From the NCBI GenBank assembly GCA_043819555.1, contig JBDREQ010000073.1, positions 192,001-256,000 of the forward strand: a DNA stretch of 64,000 bases, written 5' to 3'. Origin of the DNA: Candidatus Zixiibacteriota bacterium. GTDB taxonomy: Bacteria > Zixibacteria > MSB-5A5 > GN15 > JAAZOE01. This document shows positions 9,123-19,036 of this stretch, piece after piece; positions within the stretch are counted from its first letter, which is position 1, and every line of letters starts with the position of its first letter. Under the pieces are notes generated by a model. That model was not told the DNA's origin. It saw only the letters and a list, made by a program, of their open reading frames with translations, and ran no database searches. The position numbers and the translations under genes were made by a program.

Positions 9123-9743
9123 ATGGCTGACAAAAACAAACTAACCAGACGGCAACAACAGATACTTGATTTTATCGAGGAAATGGTCAATATCTCCGGT
9201 TTGCCGCCAACTATCAGAGAAATTGGTCTCAAGTTCAGTATTGCCTCAACCAATGGCGTCAGATCGATCCTGAGCGCTCTTGAAAAGAAAGGATATATAC
9301 ATCGCCAAAAATTGGTCTCGCGCGGAATCGAGCTGATCAAGCGATCGCCGATTATGTTTAATCGCATCCCAATTGTCGGCTCAGTTCCGGCCGGATTGCC
9401 AATAACAGCTATTGAGAATCGCGAGGGGGAAATGGCCGTTGATACAGCATTTTTACCCAACGATAAGGTGTTTTGTCTGAGAGTTAAAGGTGAGTCAATG
9501 ATAAACGCCGGTATATTTGATGGAGATTTTGTACTGGTCGATAAAAATATCGATCCCCTGAAAGGCGATATTGTTGTGGCCGTTATCGGCGAAGAAGCAA
9601 CGGTCAAAAAGTTCTATCCGGAGAAAAGACGTGTCCGCCTTGAGCCTCAAAACGAAGCTTTTGGACCAATTATTGTCGATAGTAATACTCCGGGATTCTA
9701 TATCGCCGGCCGGGTTGTGGGATTGATGAGACGCATGAGATAA
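9123..9743 (+). CDS. lexA: SOS repressor LexA
   Basis: LT.RQ..IL..I, PPTIREIG HTH; VPAG cleavage site; GESM catalytic Ser; ATVKK catalytic Lys. Confidence 0.97.
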   Translation: MADKNKLTRRQQQILDFIEEMVNISGLPPTIREIGLKFSIASTNGVRSILSALEKKGYIHRQKLVSRGIELIKRSPIMFNRIPIVGSVPAGLPITAIENREGEMAVDTAFLPNDKVFCLRVKGESMINAGIFDGDFVLVDKNIDPLKGDIVVAVIGEEATVKKFYPEKRRVRLEPQNEAFGPIIVDSNTPGFYIAGRVVGLMRRMR

Positions 9744-9916
9744 TACAGACATTTTTAGTTCTGTAGCGTTTTTTAAGATAGTTTTTCATTTTCATATTTG
9801 CACTTTTGCAGAATTAAGGCAGTCCAGATGTATAAATATGCCGTGCTTGTAATGCTATTATTAATAATTAGTAAGAGCTTGTTATTAAACTATTACTTTA
9901 TGTGAAGCGAGGGGAT

Positions 9917-10165
9917 ATGTATCAGGATATGGACGAACCTATTGAGGTCGTTGTGTTATTTCAGAACAACAAAATGAAGCCTTCCCGGTTTCGCTGGAAC
10001 GGTACCGTGTACAAAATTGCTGAAGTAACCGGCGACTGGAAAACTGACGTAGGGGCGTATCGTATTCGCCATTTCGCGGTGGTTGATTCGTCGTCTAATT
10101 TTTATCAATTGTCGTACGACGAACGCAAAACCAGTTGGGTTATCAGTAAAATCTGGGTGGAATAG
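9917..10165 (+). CDS. Small DUF6504-like protein (resembles the ImuB C-terminal domain)
   Basis: SD GAGGGG before ATG 9917; DEPIEV...PSRFRWNG..YKI.EV...W...RHF.V..Y.L.YD...W pattern; directly abuts dinB. Confidence 0.65.
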   Translation: MYQDMDEPIEVVVLFQNNKMKPSRFRWNGTVYKIAEVTGDWKTDVGAYRIRHFAVVDSSSNFYQLSYDERKTSWVISKIWVE

Positions 10166-11377
10166 ATGATAGATTATTCTCCTGTCATAGCTCATGTTGA
10201 CATGGACGCGTTTTTCGCAGCTGTGGAAACCCGGAACAATCCCCACTTAAAGGGAAAACCGGTTATTGTCGGTGGCGGAATCGGGCCGCGGGGAGTTGTC
10301 TCAACCTGCTCTTATGAAGCCCGGAAGTATGGTGTCCATTCAGGGATGTCGGCCGTGCAGGCAAGAAAACTATGTCCGAAGGGAATTTTTATATCCGCCG
10401 GATTGAGAGGATATGTGTACGCTTCCGCATATCTCCAGAAAATATATGAATCATATTCGCCTCTGGTGCAGCCAATCAGCATTGACGAAGCTTTCCTCGA
10501 TATAACCGGAGCAGATCGTTTGTACGATGGACCGGTGGAATTGATCCAGAAAATGAAAAATGAAATCTGGGAGAAAATGAAATTGACCTGCTCGGTTGGT
10601 ATTGCCCCGACAAGATATCTGGCCAAACTATCATCGGGAATAAATAAACCGAACGGCTTGACCGTTATGAACCAGGAGAAATTTAAAGAAGTATTTTATT
10701 CCAAACCGGTGGATGCATTGTGGGGCATCGGCGAAAGCACCAAAAAAACACTGGCCCGGGAAAATATCCATACTGTTGCTGACCTGGCCGCGACTGATTC
10801 GAAAATTCTACATAGAATATTCGGTAAGAACGGAGACACCTTATCAATTATGTCCCGTGGAACAGATAACGGTCAAGTTATGCGCTATGAAGATGTGCCT
10901 CACGATAAATCAATGTCGCATGAGACGACTCTTAGAGTAGATATTTATGACCCAACAATTATCAAGGCAACGCTATTGTGGCTTTCGGATAAAGTCGCTC
11001 GAAGGATGCGACGACACGGCTATGTTGGATGTACGATCTCGGTTAAAATTCGTTCATCAGATTTTACTACGATTACAAGAGCCCACACTCTAAGAAGACC
11101 GACTGACCGGTGTGATATTATTTTTCATAATGCCGTAAAGCTGATTCCCAAAGAATACGGGATGAAATATAAAGTACGATTATTGGGGGTACGCGCATCT
11201 CAATTAAAAAAAATCAAATCTTCATCAGGAAATGATATTAATTCCGATTTGATGTCTCAATATGAACTGATTCTCGATAACCGTGAAGAAAAATACAAGA
11301 AACTGACAGGAGCGATGGATAATATCCGCGATAAATACGGTGAGCATATAATTAAGCTGGCCGGTTCGATGCGTTGA
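10166..11377 (+). CDS. dinB: DNA polymerase IV (Y family)
   Basis: HVDMDAFFA, SYEARKYGV.SGM, SIDEAFLD catalytic motif, LWGIG, little-finger domain. Confidence 0.95.
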   Translation: MIDYSPVIAHVDMDAFFAAVETRNNPHLKGKPVIVGGGIGPRGVVSTCSYEARKYGVHSGMSAVQARKLCPKGIFISAGLRGYVYASAYLQKIYESYSPLVQPISIDEAFLDITGADRLYDGPVELIQKMKNEIWEKMKLTCSVGIAPTRYLAKLSSGINKPNGLTVMNQEKFKEVFYSKPVDALWGIGESTKKTLARENIHTVADLAATDSKILHRIFGKNGDTLSIMSRGTDNGQVMRYEDVPHDKSMSHETTLRVDIYDPTIIKATLLWLSDKVARRMRRHGYVGCTISVKIRSSDFTTITRAHTLRRPTDRCDIIFHNAVKLIPKEYGMKYKVRLLGVRASQLKKIKSSSGNDINSDLMSQYELILDNREEKYKKLTGAMDNIRDKYGEHIIKLAGSMR

Positions 11378-11499
11378 CTATTTTATCTATTTTGTCCTCT
11401 TTTTTCATTTTTCCACATTCTCTCCTCTGATTCCCTTGATTTTATCACTCAAATGTTTTATAATTTTTACACAGTCAATTGCAAAACGCGGGTGTTATT

Positions 11500-12726
11500 A
11501 TGAAAACCATAACCGAAGAAAAATTGAAAGAAAATAAAATGAGTTCTATCGAAAAATGGGGTGTCACGTCCCACGTCCTCACGCTGGAAAGTTCAATTAT
11601 AAGAGAAATTCTCAAACTATCATCTCAACCCGGTGTAATTTCATTTGCCGGCGGATTACCATCCCCCGACATGTTTCCCGAAGAAGACCTTAAAGAAGCT
11701 GCCATTCGAGCCTACGACAATCATCATGACGCCGCTCTCCAATATTCTTTTTCTATGGGCGTTCCTGCCTTTAGGGAAATCATTGCCGAGTATTCCGGTC
11801 GGCAAATTCCGGAATTGATAGCTGATAACATTATCATTACCTCCGGCTCTCAGCAAGGGCTTGATCTGGTCGGACGCGTGTTCCTTGACCCTGGCGATTA
11901 TATCATTTGCGAATCTCCAACATATGTTGGAGCCCTTCAGGCATTTAATTTTTACCAGGCCCGATATGCCACGATCGATATGGATGAATATGGGATGCTT
12001 GTCGATCAACTTGAGGAAAAAATCAAGAAATATAATCCCAAGTTTATCTATGTTGTTCCGAATTTCCAGAACCCCTCCGGAATATCGATGTCTCTCAAAC
12101 GGCGAGTGCAGCTGATTGAAATTGCTAACCGCCATAATATCCCTATTATTGATGATAATCCTTACGGCGATTTGAGGTTTGAAGGTGAACCGTTGCCTTC
12201 ACTAAGAGCCCTGGGTGGAGATACGGTTATTTCCCTTTCTACATTTTCAAAAATTTGTGCCCCCGGATATAGAATAGCCTGGTTGATTGCTCCAGCTGGT
12301 ATTATGAAGATTTTTGAACGAGTGAAACAATGTTGCGATCTCCATACCAGCACTTTCGGACAGATGGTACTTCTTGAATACATGAAAATGAATAAACTCG
12401 ACAGCCATATTCAAAAGATTTGTGAATGCTATAAACACCGGAGGGATGTTATGGTGTCAGCTATTCATGAACACTTTCCCGACGAAGCAAGATTTGTTGT
12501 ACCCCAGGGTGGGTTATTCCTCTGGATGACACTTCCAAACGGGATGTCGGGTAAAGAGCTTTTGACAAAAGCCGTTGAGGCGAAAGTAGCCTATGTTTAT
12601 GGCTCGCCGTTTTTCCCCAACGGCGGGGGAGAAGATACCCTTCGTTTGAATTTTTCGAATGCGTCCGATGATATGATTTCTGAAGGTATAAAACGATTAG
12701 GGCGCATCATTAAAGAGAATATGTGA
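11500..12726 (+). CDS. PLP-dependent aminotransferase class I/II (LysN/aromatic aminotransferase-like)
   Basis: ISFAGGLP, PNFQNPSG, DDNPY, STFSKICAPGYRIAW (PLP Lys), LRLNFS; start uncertain (11500 or 11539). Confidence 0.9.
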   Translation: MKTITEEKLKENKMSSIEKWGVTSHVLTLESSIIREILKLSSQPGVISFAGGLPSPDMFPEEDLKEAAIRAYDNHHDAALQYSFSMGVPAFREIIAEYSGRQIPELIADNIIITSGSQQGLDLVGRVFLDPGDYIICESPTYVGALQAFNFYQARYATIDMDEYGMLVDQLEEKIKKYNPKFIYVVPNFQNPSGISMSLKRRVQLIEIANRHNIPIIDDNPYGDLRFEGEPLPSLRALGGDTVISLSTFSKICAPGYRIAWLIAPAGIMKIFERVKQCCDLHTSTFGQMVLLEYMKMNKLDSHIQKICECYKHRRDVMVSAIHEHFPDEARFVVPQGGLFLWMTLPNGMSGKELLTKAVEAKVAYVYGSPFFPNGGGEDTLRLNFSNASDDMISEGIKRLGRIIKENM

Positions 12727-12753
12727 TGAGCAACAGGTATATTTAAACTAAAC

Positions 12754-12782
12754 AAAAAACCCGTCTAAAGGCGGGTTTTTTT
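12754..12782 (+). terminator. Intrinsic terminator (potentially bidirectional)
   Basis: AAAAAACCCGTCT-AA-AGGCGGGTTTTTTT. Confidence 0.85.
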
Positions 12783-12820
12783 ATACCCAAATTCTGTTTT
12801 TGTCGCTATCATTGGCAAGT

Positions 12821-13660
12821 ATGAAGAAGCCATTTTCAAAATACCAGGCTCTTGGAAACAGTTTTCTAGTATTTGATGAGGTTTTTATCAAGGGCATAGA
12901 CAAAAAATACGAGTCATTGGCATTGGAAATCTGTGATAAAACGCACGGTATCGGCGCTGATGGTTTATTGATTTTATCAAAACGGCAGGGGGCCTATCGG
13001 GTTGATATTTATAACGCTGATGGAAGCTGGGCCGAAAAATCGGGCAATGGTTCGCGCATTGCGGCCATGCATTTATCTAATTCCAAATTAGTTTTAGACA
13101 CGTCGTTTGAATTAATTACAGGATCGGGAGTATCTCATATCAAACTATTTACGGGCAATAGCCAAAAGCGTATTATTTCCGCGACTTTGGGCGTACCTGA
13201 TTTTAACGCCAAAAGCATTCCTGTCGCTTCAAATAATAAATTCTTTATCAATCAAACGATTCATTGCTTTAATCGAGCATATATTGCTTCCGCGGTATCA
13301 GTGGGAAATCCTCATTTGATTTTGTTTTGCGATGATTTCGATTTTGACTGGCAAACCATTGGCTCCGAACTTGAATCTCATCCTATGTTTCCCAATCGGG
13401 TCAACATCGGCTTTGTTAAAATAATTGATGAGGCCAATATTGAAATTCGGGATTATGAACGAGGCGTTGGTCCGACCGAATCATCGGGTACCGGGGCCGC
13501 AGCAGCAGTGGCGATTTCGGTTATGCGCGGGTTTACGGATAGAAAAGCCAGCGTACATTCCCAGGCCGGCGTTTTGCAGGTTTACTGGGATAATAAGTCA
13601 GATGAATTATCGATTAAAGGATCAGTAGAATTTATTTTTTCCGGTGAGTATGAAATCTAA
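12821..13660 (+). CDS. Diaminopimelate epimerase-like protein with Ser in place of both catalytic Cys
   Basis: KYQALGN, GIGADGL, NADGS.AEKSGNG, VSVGNPH, FPNRVN, ERGVGPTESSGTGA. Confidence 0.85.
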   Translation: MKKPFSKYQALGNSFLVFDEVFIKGIDKKYESLALEICDKTHGIGADGLLILSKRQGAYRVDIYNADGSWAEKSGNGSRIAAMHLSNSKLVLDTSFELITGSGVSHIKLFTGNSQKRIISATLGVPDFNAKSIPVASNNKFFINQTIHCFNRAYIASAVSVGNPHLILFCDDFDFDWQTIGSELESHPMFPNRVNIGFVKIIDEANIEIRDYERGVGPTESSGTGAAAAVAISVMRGFTDRKASVHSQAGVLQVYWDNKSDELSIKGSVEFIFSGEYEI

Positions 13661-13680
13661 TACCGGTACTGGATTTTGGG

Positions 13681-14961
13681 ATGTTCCCGAAAATTAGGCG
13701 GGGTACAATAGACTATTTTCAGGATTTAAGGCAACTGACGCCAAATGCCCGAAAATATCTTCTTGCCTCATTTTTTATTGGCATGACGTTTTCTTCGATG
13801 ATGCTCCTGCTTAATCTTTATCTAAGGGAGAGAGGGTTTGGCGAGGCCGACATCGGATCCGTATTATCATTTGGCGCCCTGGGAATGGTATGCATCTCGA
13901 TTCCAGGAGCATTCCTCATTTCGCGAGTACGACTGAAGCCAATTTTATTGATATCGACAATCCTGTATGCAATTTTTGGGATCATTACAATTTACGCCCA
14001 ACAATTGTGGGCTATACAGGCAGCCTATTTTTTGGCCGGCATTACCATGACGTTTTATCGCATCGCAGCATCGCCGTTTTTTATGCGCAATTCAAGTTCA
14101 AGGGAGCGGCCTTATTTATTTTCGCTTTCATTTGGAATCGCGGTTATTGCCGGAGTCATTGGGTCGTTTATATTTGGAGCACTGGTCGAATATTTGGTGG
14201 GGAATATTGGATATGATACGGTACAAGCCCACCGCCTCTCATTGGCGATTGGTGTTTTTATTTCCCTTTTGGCTTTGATCCCGTTTGCGATGCTCAAAAT
14301 GCCGAAGCAAATTCCAAAAGAAGACAGGTTCGAAATTTCGTTTAAAACATTTGCGCCTTACAGGGGTTTGTTTCTCAAATTATGCGCCCCATATTTCATA
14401 GTTGGTACTGGGGCTGGGATGATTATTCCATTCTTAAATATATTTTTCCGCGATCGTTTCGGTAAGGATGCGGACGAAATTGGCCTGTTTTTCGGATTAG
14501 TTCACCTTACAATGTTCATAGGCGTCATGGCCGGACCAATAATGGTGAAAAAAATTGGAATGGTTCGGACAATTGTATTTACTCAGCTATTATCCATCCC
14601 ATTTATGTTGATTCTGGCTTTCAACTATTACTTTCCCCTGGTAATTGGCGCATTTTTATTAAGGGGCGCCCTGATGAACATGGGCGGTCCGATCGGGAAT
14701 AACTTTGCTATGGAAATGGTCCCCAAATCAATGCATGCCATTATGAATGCGCTCCTGATGTTTGCCTGGACATCCTCCTGGATGGTCTCCACTAAAATCG
14801 GGGGGATGATAATTGAATCCCACGGGTATACGCTTTCACTGGTAATTGCCGTTATACTCTATGTTATTTCCTCGGTTTTGTATTTTTTCTTTTTTAGAAG
14901 CTCCGAAAAATTTAGTCTTAATGGCATAACCGTGAAATCAGACTTCAAAACGGCAGCCTGA
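13681..14961 (+). CDS. MFS transporter
   Basis: About 12 hydrophobic segments in two repeats; LLNLYL..G..E.DIG pattern. Confidence 0.85.
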   Translation: MFPKIRRGTIDYFQDLRQLTPNARKYLLASFFIGMTFSSMMLLLNLYLRERGFGEADIGSVLSFGALGMVCISIPGAFLISRVRLKPILLISTILYAIFGIITIYAQQLWAIQAAYFLAGITMTFYRIAASPFFMRNSSSRERPYLFSLSFGIAVIAGVIGSFIFGALVEYLVGNIGYDTVQAHRLSLAIGVFISLLALIPFAMLKMPKQIPKEDRFEISFKTFAPYRGLFLKLCAPYFIVGTGAGMIIPFLNIFFRDRFGKDADEIGLFFGLVHLTMFIGVMAGPIMVKKIGMVRTIVFTQLLSIPFMLILAFNYYFPLVIGAFLLRGALMNMGGPIGNNFAMEMVPKSMHAIMNALLMFAWTSSWMVSTKIGGMIIESHGYTLSLVIAVILYVISSVLYFFFFRSSEKFSLNGITVKSDFKTAA

Positions 14962-15056
14962 ATCCCGTCGAGCCCAATAATATATATGACGAAAAATGTT
15001 GCGCCTTGATTGCGGCTTATATAGATTTGGGATCGTTGGAGAATTACTGAGAAAAT

Positions 15057-16826
15057 ATGGAAAATATTTTTAAGATAAAAGCGGCCGAGCAATTGGTGGA
15101 GGCTACTCACAAGGCATTCCCGGAAAGTATCTCTTCTATTAGAGAAAATCTGAATATCAAAGATCCTGATTTGACCGTTTTTTTCGCGTCGAAATTGGAA
15201 GTCCCAAAGGATGTCAAAATGGGCGACTTTGCGTTTCCGACTTTTATACTTTCCAAAGCCCTGAAGAAAAAACCGCCGGAAATTGCAAATCAAATTTATT
15301 TGCATCTTGATAATTCCCGATTTTCTGTGGCGGGCTCATATATTAATTTCACGCTTTATCCCGAGGAAACGGTAGGTGAAATTCTACCCGATATTTATTT
15401 AGAAGGAAAAGACTATGGGAGTCAAAAAGTAGGTACGGGCAAAACCGTTGTCATTGATTTTTCGTCTCCCAATATCGCCAAACCATTCGGTGTGGGCCAC
15501 CTGCGCTCAACTGCGATCGGAAATTCCTTATATCGAATTTATAAAAAACTCGGTTATAAGGTGGTCGGTATAAATCACCTTGGCGACTGGGGTACTCAAT
15601 TTGGCAAAATGATTACTGCCTATAAAAAATGGGGTAATTCTGATGATCTGGCTAAAAACCCGATTAATCATCTTTTTGATTTATATGTGAAATTCCATAA
15701 TGAAGTCGAGCAGAATTCAAACCTTGATGAAGAAGCCCGGGAATGGTTCAAAAAACTGGAAGATGGGGATGAAGAAGCAGTAAAGCTATGGAAATTATTT
15801 ATCGAGTTGTCGCTGGATGAATTCAATCGTATTTACGAGTTACTCGGCGTGCATTTTGACCATTATACGGGTGAGTCTTTTTATAATGACAAAATGGATG
15901 CTGTTATCAATAGGCTAACTCAAGCGGGCCTGACATCCGAATCGAAAGGCGCCTTGATAGTCGATTTATCGGAACATGATCTCAATCCTTGTCTTCTCAA
16001 AAAAGGCGATGGGGCGACATTATACGCGACTCGTGATTTGGCGGGCATTTTCTATCGACATGATACTTATAAATTCGATAAAGCGCTTTATGTCGTCGGC
16101 GCTGCGCAGCAGGAACATTTTAGGCAGGTATTCAAAGTCGTGGAAATGCTTGGTGAGAGTTTTGCCAAAAATCTTGTACATGTAGAATTCGGATGGATTC
16201 GTTTCAAAGATCAGGCAATGTCCACCCGAAAAGGTAATATTATATTTCTTGACGATGTCATTAATACGGCCGTCGGGCGCGTCAAAAATATCATGATGGA
16301 GAAAAATCCTGATCTGCCCAATCTGGAGCAAATTGCAAGGCAGGTCGGAATCGGCGCCGTGATATTCGCCGACCTGGGCGTCAAGAAACATAAAGATGTA
16401 AATTTTTCATGGGAAGAAGTTTTGAATTTTGAAGGAGAAACCGGGCCGTATCTCCAGTACACACATGCCCGGTTATGCGCTTTGAAACGTAAATATGGAG
16501 AAGAAATTACCGGTGGTGTGGATTTTTCAAAATATTTATCTCTTGAAGAAAAGGCCTTGGCCCTGCATTTGTATCGTTTTGGCGAGATAATCGAAGTGGC
16601 GGCCGATAAATACGAACCCAATTTTATTGTCGAGTATCTAATAGGATTGGCGTCGGTTTTTAATCGCCTCTACCAGCGCAAAGATGAGTCGGGGAGATTA
16701 ATAAAAATCATCGATGACTTATCGCCGGATGGAACGGCTTCCCGGATGCTTTTGGTTGATTGTGTTAGAATTGTCTTAAACGAGGGATTATACTTATTGG
16801 GCATGGAAGCGCCCGAGGAGATGTAA
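15057..16826 (+). CDS. argS: Arginine--tRNA ligase
   Basis: DFSSPNIAKPFGVGHLRST, NHLGDWGTQFG, MSTRKG, GETGPYLQYTHAR. Confidence 0.97.
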   Translation: MENIFKIKAAEQLVEATHKAFPESISSIRENLNIKDPDLTVFFASKLEVPKDVKMGDFAFPTFILSKALKKKPPEIANQIYLHLDNSRFSVAGSYINFTLYPEETVGEILPDIYLEGKDYGSQKVGTGKTVVIDFSSPNIAKPFGVGHLRSTAIGNSLYRIYKKLGYKVVGINHLGDWGTQFGKMITAYKKWGNSDDLAKNPINHLFDLYVKFHNEVEQNSNLDEEAREWFKKLEDGDEEAVKLWKLFIELSLDEFNRIYELLGVHFDHYTGESFYNDKMDAVINRLTQAGLTSESKGALIVDLSEHDLNPCLLKKGDGATLYATRDLAGIFYRHDTYKFDKALYVVGAAQQEHFRQVFKVVEMLGESFAKNLVHVEFGWIRFKDQAMSTRKGNIIFLDDVINTAVGRVKNIMMEKNPDLPNLEQIARQVGIGAVIFADLGVKKHKDVNFSWEEVLNFEGETGPYLQYTHARLCALKRKYGEEITGGVDFSKYLSLEEKALALHLYRFGEIIEVAADKYEPNFIVEYLIGLASVFNRLYQRKDESGRLIKIIDDLSPDGTASRMLLVDCVRIVLNEGLYLLGMEAPEEM

Positions 16827-16837
16827 ACGGATATTTT

Positions 16838-18196
16838 ATGAGCGAAATAGTTATAAAGAATGCGAAAAAACTGCAGGGTGCTATTAGTCTGCCCGGTGAC
16901 AAATCGATATCGCATCGTGCGGCGTTATTATCTCTTCTGTGCGAAAATCCTCTGTCAATAACTAATTATTCTGATGCCGCCGATTGTCAAAATACACTAA
17001 ACGCTGTCAAATCTCTGGGAGGACTCATTAGAAATGAGGGCGATTCCTTAATTTTGTCGCCTTCTCCGGAAGGGATTAAATCTCCCGAAGGACCTATCGA
17101 ATGTGGCAATTCAGGGACAACGATGCGTCTTCTGGCGGGATTATTAGCGGGCTCATCCGTAAGCGCGACTTTGATTGGCGATGATTCATTATCATCTCGC
17201 CCCATGAAAAGAATTTCCGAACCATTACGACTTATGAACGCTGAAATAGAAATATCTGATAACAATACCGCGCCGATTAAGATATCTCCGGGAATGATAA
17301 TTCCAATCGATTACACCCTTCCGGTAGCTTCGGCCCAGGTAAAATCGGCTATAATTCTAGCCGGTTTGGCTTCAAAAACCGATGTGATTATTCGTGAGAA
17401 ATCATTATCGCGGGACCATACCGAGCGGATGATTTCATTTTTGGGCGGCGATTTGCGCGTTGAGAATGTCAAAATGAAAACTATTGAGGATCCGGTTGAT
17501 CCCCGCAAAAAGAAAAAAGTCCTTGCAATCGGCGATTATAAACGATCCATTTTTCTGGGAAAGAATACACGTATTTCGGGCGGTGAAATCAATATCCCGG
17601 GTGACATTTCGACGGCGGCATTTTTTATTGCGGCCGCATTGCTAATTAAAGGAAGCCATCTGATTATCAGGAGCATTGGCGTTAACAGTGCGCGCATGGG
17701 TTTTGTAAGGATCCTCAAACAAATGGGAGCTCGGATTAATATAAAAAATCGCCGTGAACTATCGGGTGAACCGACAGGTGATATTGAAGTATTTTATAGT
17801 AAATTGAAACCGCGCAAGATTTCAGGAGAAAGTATACCAGGTCTAATTGATGAAATACCGGTTCTGGCAGTATTGGCGTCATATATTGAAGGAACCACTA
17901 TTATTCGCGATGCCGGGGAATTGCGCCATAAAGAATCCGATCGGATAAAAGCTGTATGCGATAATCTGACCGCGATGGGAGTTAAAGTGGGGGAGTTTCC
18001 GGATGGAATGGCGATTGAAGGAACAGGCGAGATGGAAGGAGCCGAAATCAATTCTTTCGGAGATCATCGGATCGCAATGGCGTTCGCCATAGCCGGTATA
18101 ACCGCCCACGGACAAACAGTAATCAAAAACAGCGATGTAGTATCTATCTCTTGTCCGAACTATTTTAATCTATTAGATGGATTACGGATTAAATGA
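16838..18196 (+). CDS. aroA: 3-phosphoshikimate 1-carboxyvinyltransferase
   Basis: PGDKSISHRA, GNSGTTMR, SAQVKSA, RDHTERM, IDEIP, ELRHKESDR, DHRIAM. Confidence 0.96.
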   Translation: MSEIVIKNAKKLQGAISLPGDKSISHRAALLSLLCENPLSITNYSDAADCQNTLNAVKSLGGLIRNEGDSLILSPSPEGIKSPEGPIECGNSGTTMRLLAGLLAGSSVSATLIGDDSLSSRPMKRISEPLRLMNAEIEISDNNTAPIKISPGMIIPIDYTLPVASAQVKSAIILAGLASKTDVIIREKSLSRDHTERMISFLGGDLRVENVKMKTIEDPVDPRKKKKVLAIGDYKRSIFLGKNTRISGGEINIPGDISTAAFFIAAALLIKGSHLIIRSIGVNSARMGFVRILKQMGARINIKNRRELSGEPTGDIEVFYSKLKPRKISGESIPGLIDEIPVLAVLASYIEGTTIIRDAGELRHKESDRIKAVCDNLTAMGVKVGEFPDGMAIEGTGEMEGAEINSFGDHRIAMAFAIAGITAHGQTVIKNSDVVSISCPNYFNLLDGLRIK

Positions 18197-19035
18197 CGAA
18201 ATTTAATTTCGGTATCATTGGTCAGAATATCGCGTATTCTCAATCGCCGGAAATATTTAATGCGATTTTTGGATTAAGGCAGATCGAAGGCGAATTTACT
18301 GTTTATGATTTTCCTATAAGTGAGTTTGATAAGCATTTACCGGTATTGCGCAAGTTAGATGGGTTTTCGGTGACAATTCCTTTCAAAGATAGAATAATTG
18401 ATTTCATCGCGGAAATGGGCAATTCAACTCATTCAATTCAGGCGGTCAATTCGGTCAAAGTAGAAAAATCGCGATTTTTCGGATTTAATACTGATGGCAT
18501 TGGATTTATATACGGCCTGTGTAATCCGGAAATTAAATTAAAAAATGCGCTGATAATAGGTTATGGAGGAGCCGCTCGAGCTGTAATTCATGCATTAATC
18601 GGTAATTTCAAGATAAAAAACATTACAGTATGCGGCCGCAAAATTCTCGATACATGCTTGCTAAGGCAGAAATACTTTAGTCATATAGCGTCCGATATTG
18701 GTTTTTCCTATTCGGTCGCATCCCAATTAGAATATAGTGCCGAGTATGATTTAATAGTAAACTGTACGCCGTGCGGAGATAGGAATCACAGAAATGAATC
18801 TCCACTTACTGAAAATTTTGAATTTCAGGGACGCGGAATATATTATGACTTAATATATGACCCATCCGAAACAGCATTAATGTCAAAAGCGGCAAAATCG
18901 GGCTGGTATACTAAAAATGGTTATCCGATGCTGGTCAGGCAGGCGGTTGAATCGTATAAGATATGGAGTGGAGATGATATTTCCGCTGATAGATTGACTC
19001 AGGATGTAATTCAATTTCAGGAAAAGCAGGTTTAA
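18193..19035 (+). CDS. aroE: Shikimate dehydrogenase
   Basis: YSQSP, VTIPFK, AVN, NTD..GF, GYGGAARA, NCTP, YDLIY, ML..QA. Confidence 0.93.
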   Translation: MTKFNFGIIGQNIAYSQSPEIFNAIFGLRQIEGEFTVYDFPISEFDKHLPVLRKLDGFSVTIPFKDRIIDFIAEMGNSTHSIQAVNSVKVEKSRFFGFNTDGIGFIYGLCNPEIKLKNALIIGYGGAARAVIHALIGNFKIKNITVCGRKILDTCLLRQKYFSHIASDIGFSYSVASQLEYSAEYDLIVNCTPCGDRNHRNESPLTENFEFQGRGIYYDLIYDPSETALMSKAAKSGWYTKNGYPMLVRQAVESYKIWSGDDISADRLTQDVIQFQEKQV

Positions 19036-19036
19036 T

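Noticed and set aside
8993..9607. 204-aa minus-strand ORF
   Set aside because: Antisense shadow of lexA with no recognisable motifs.
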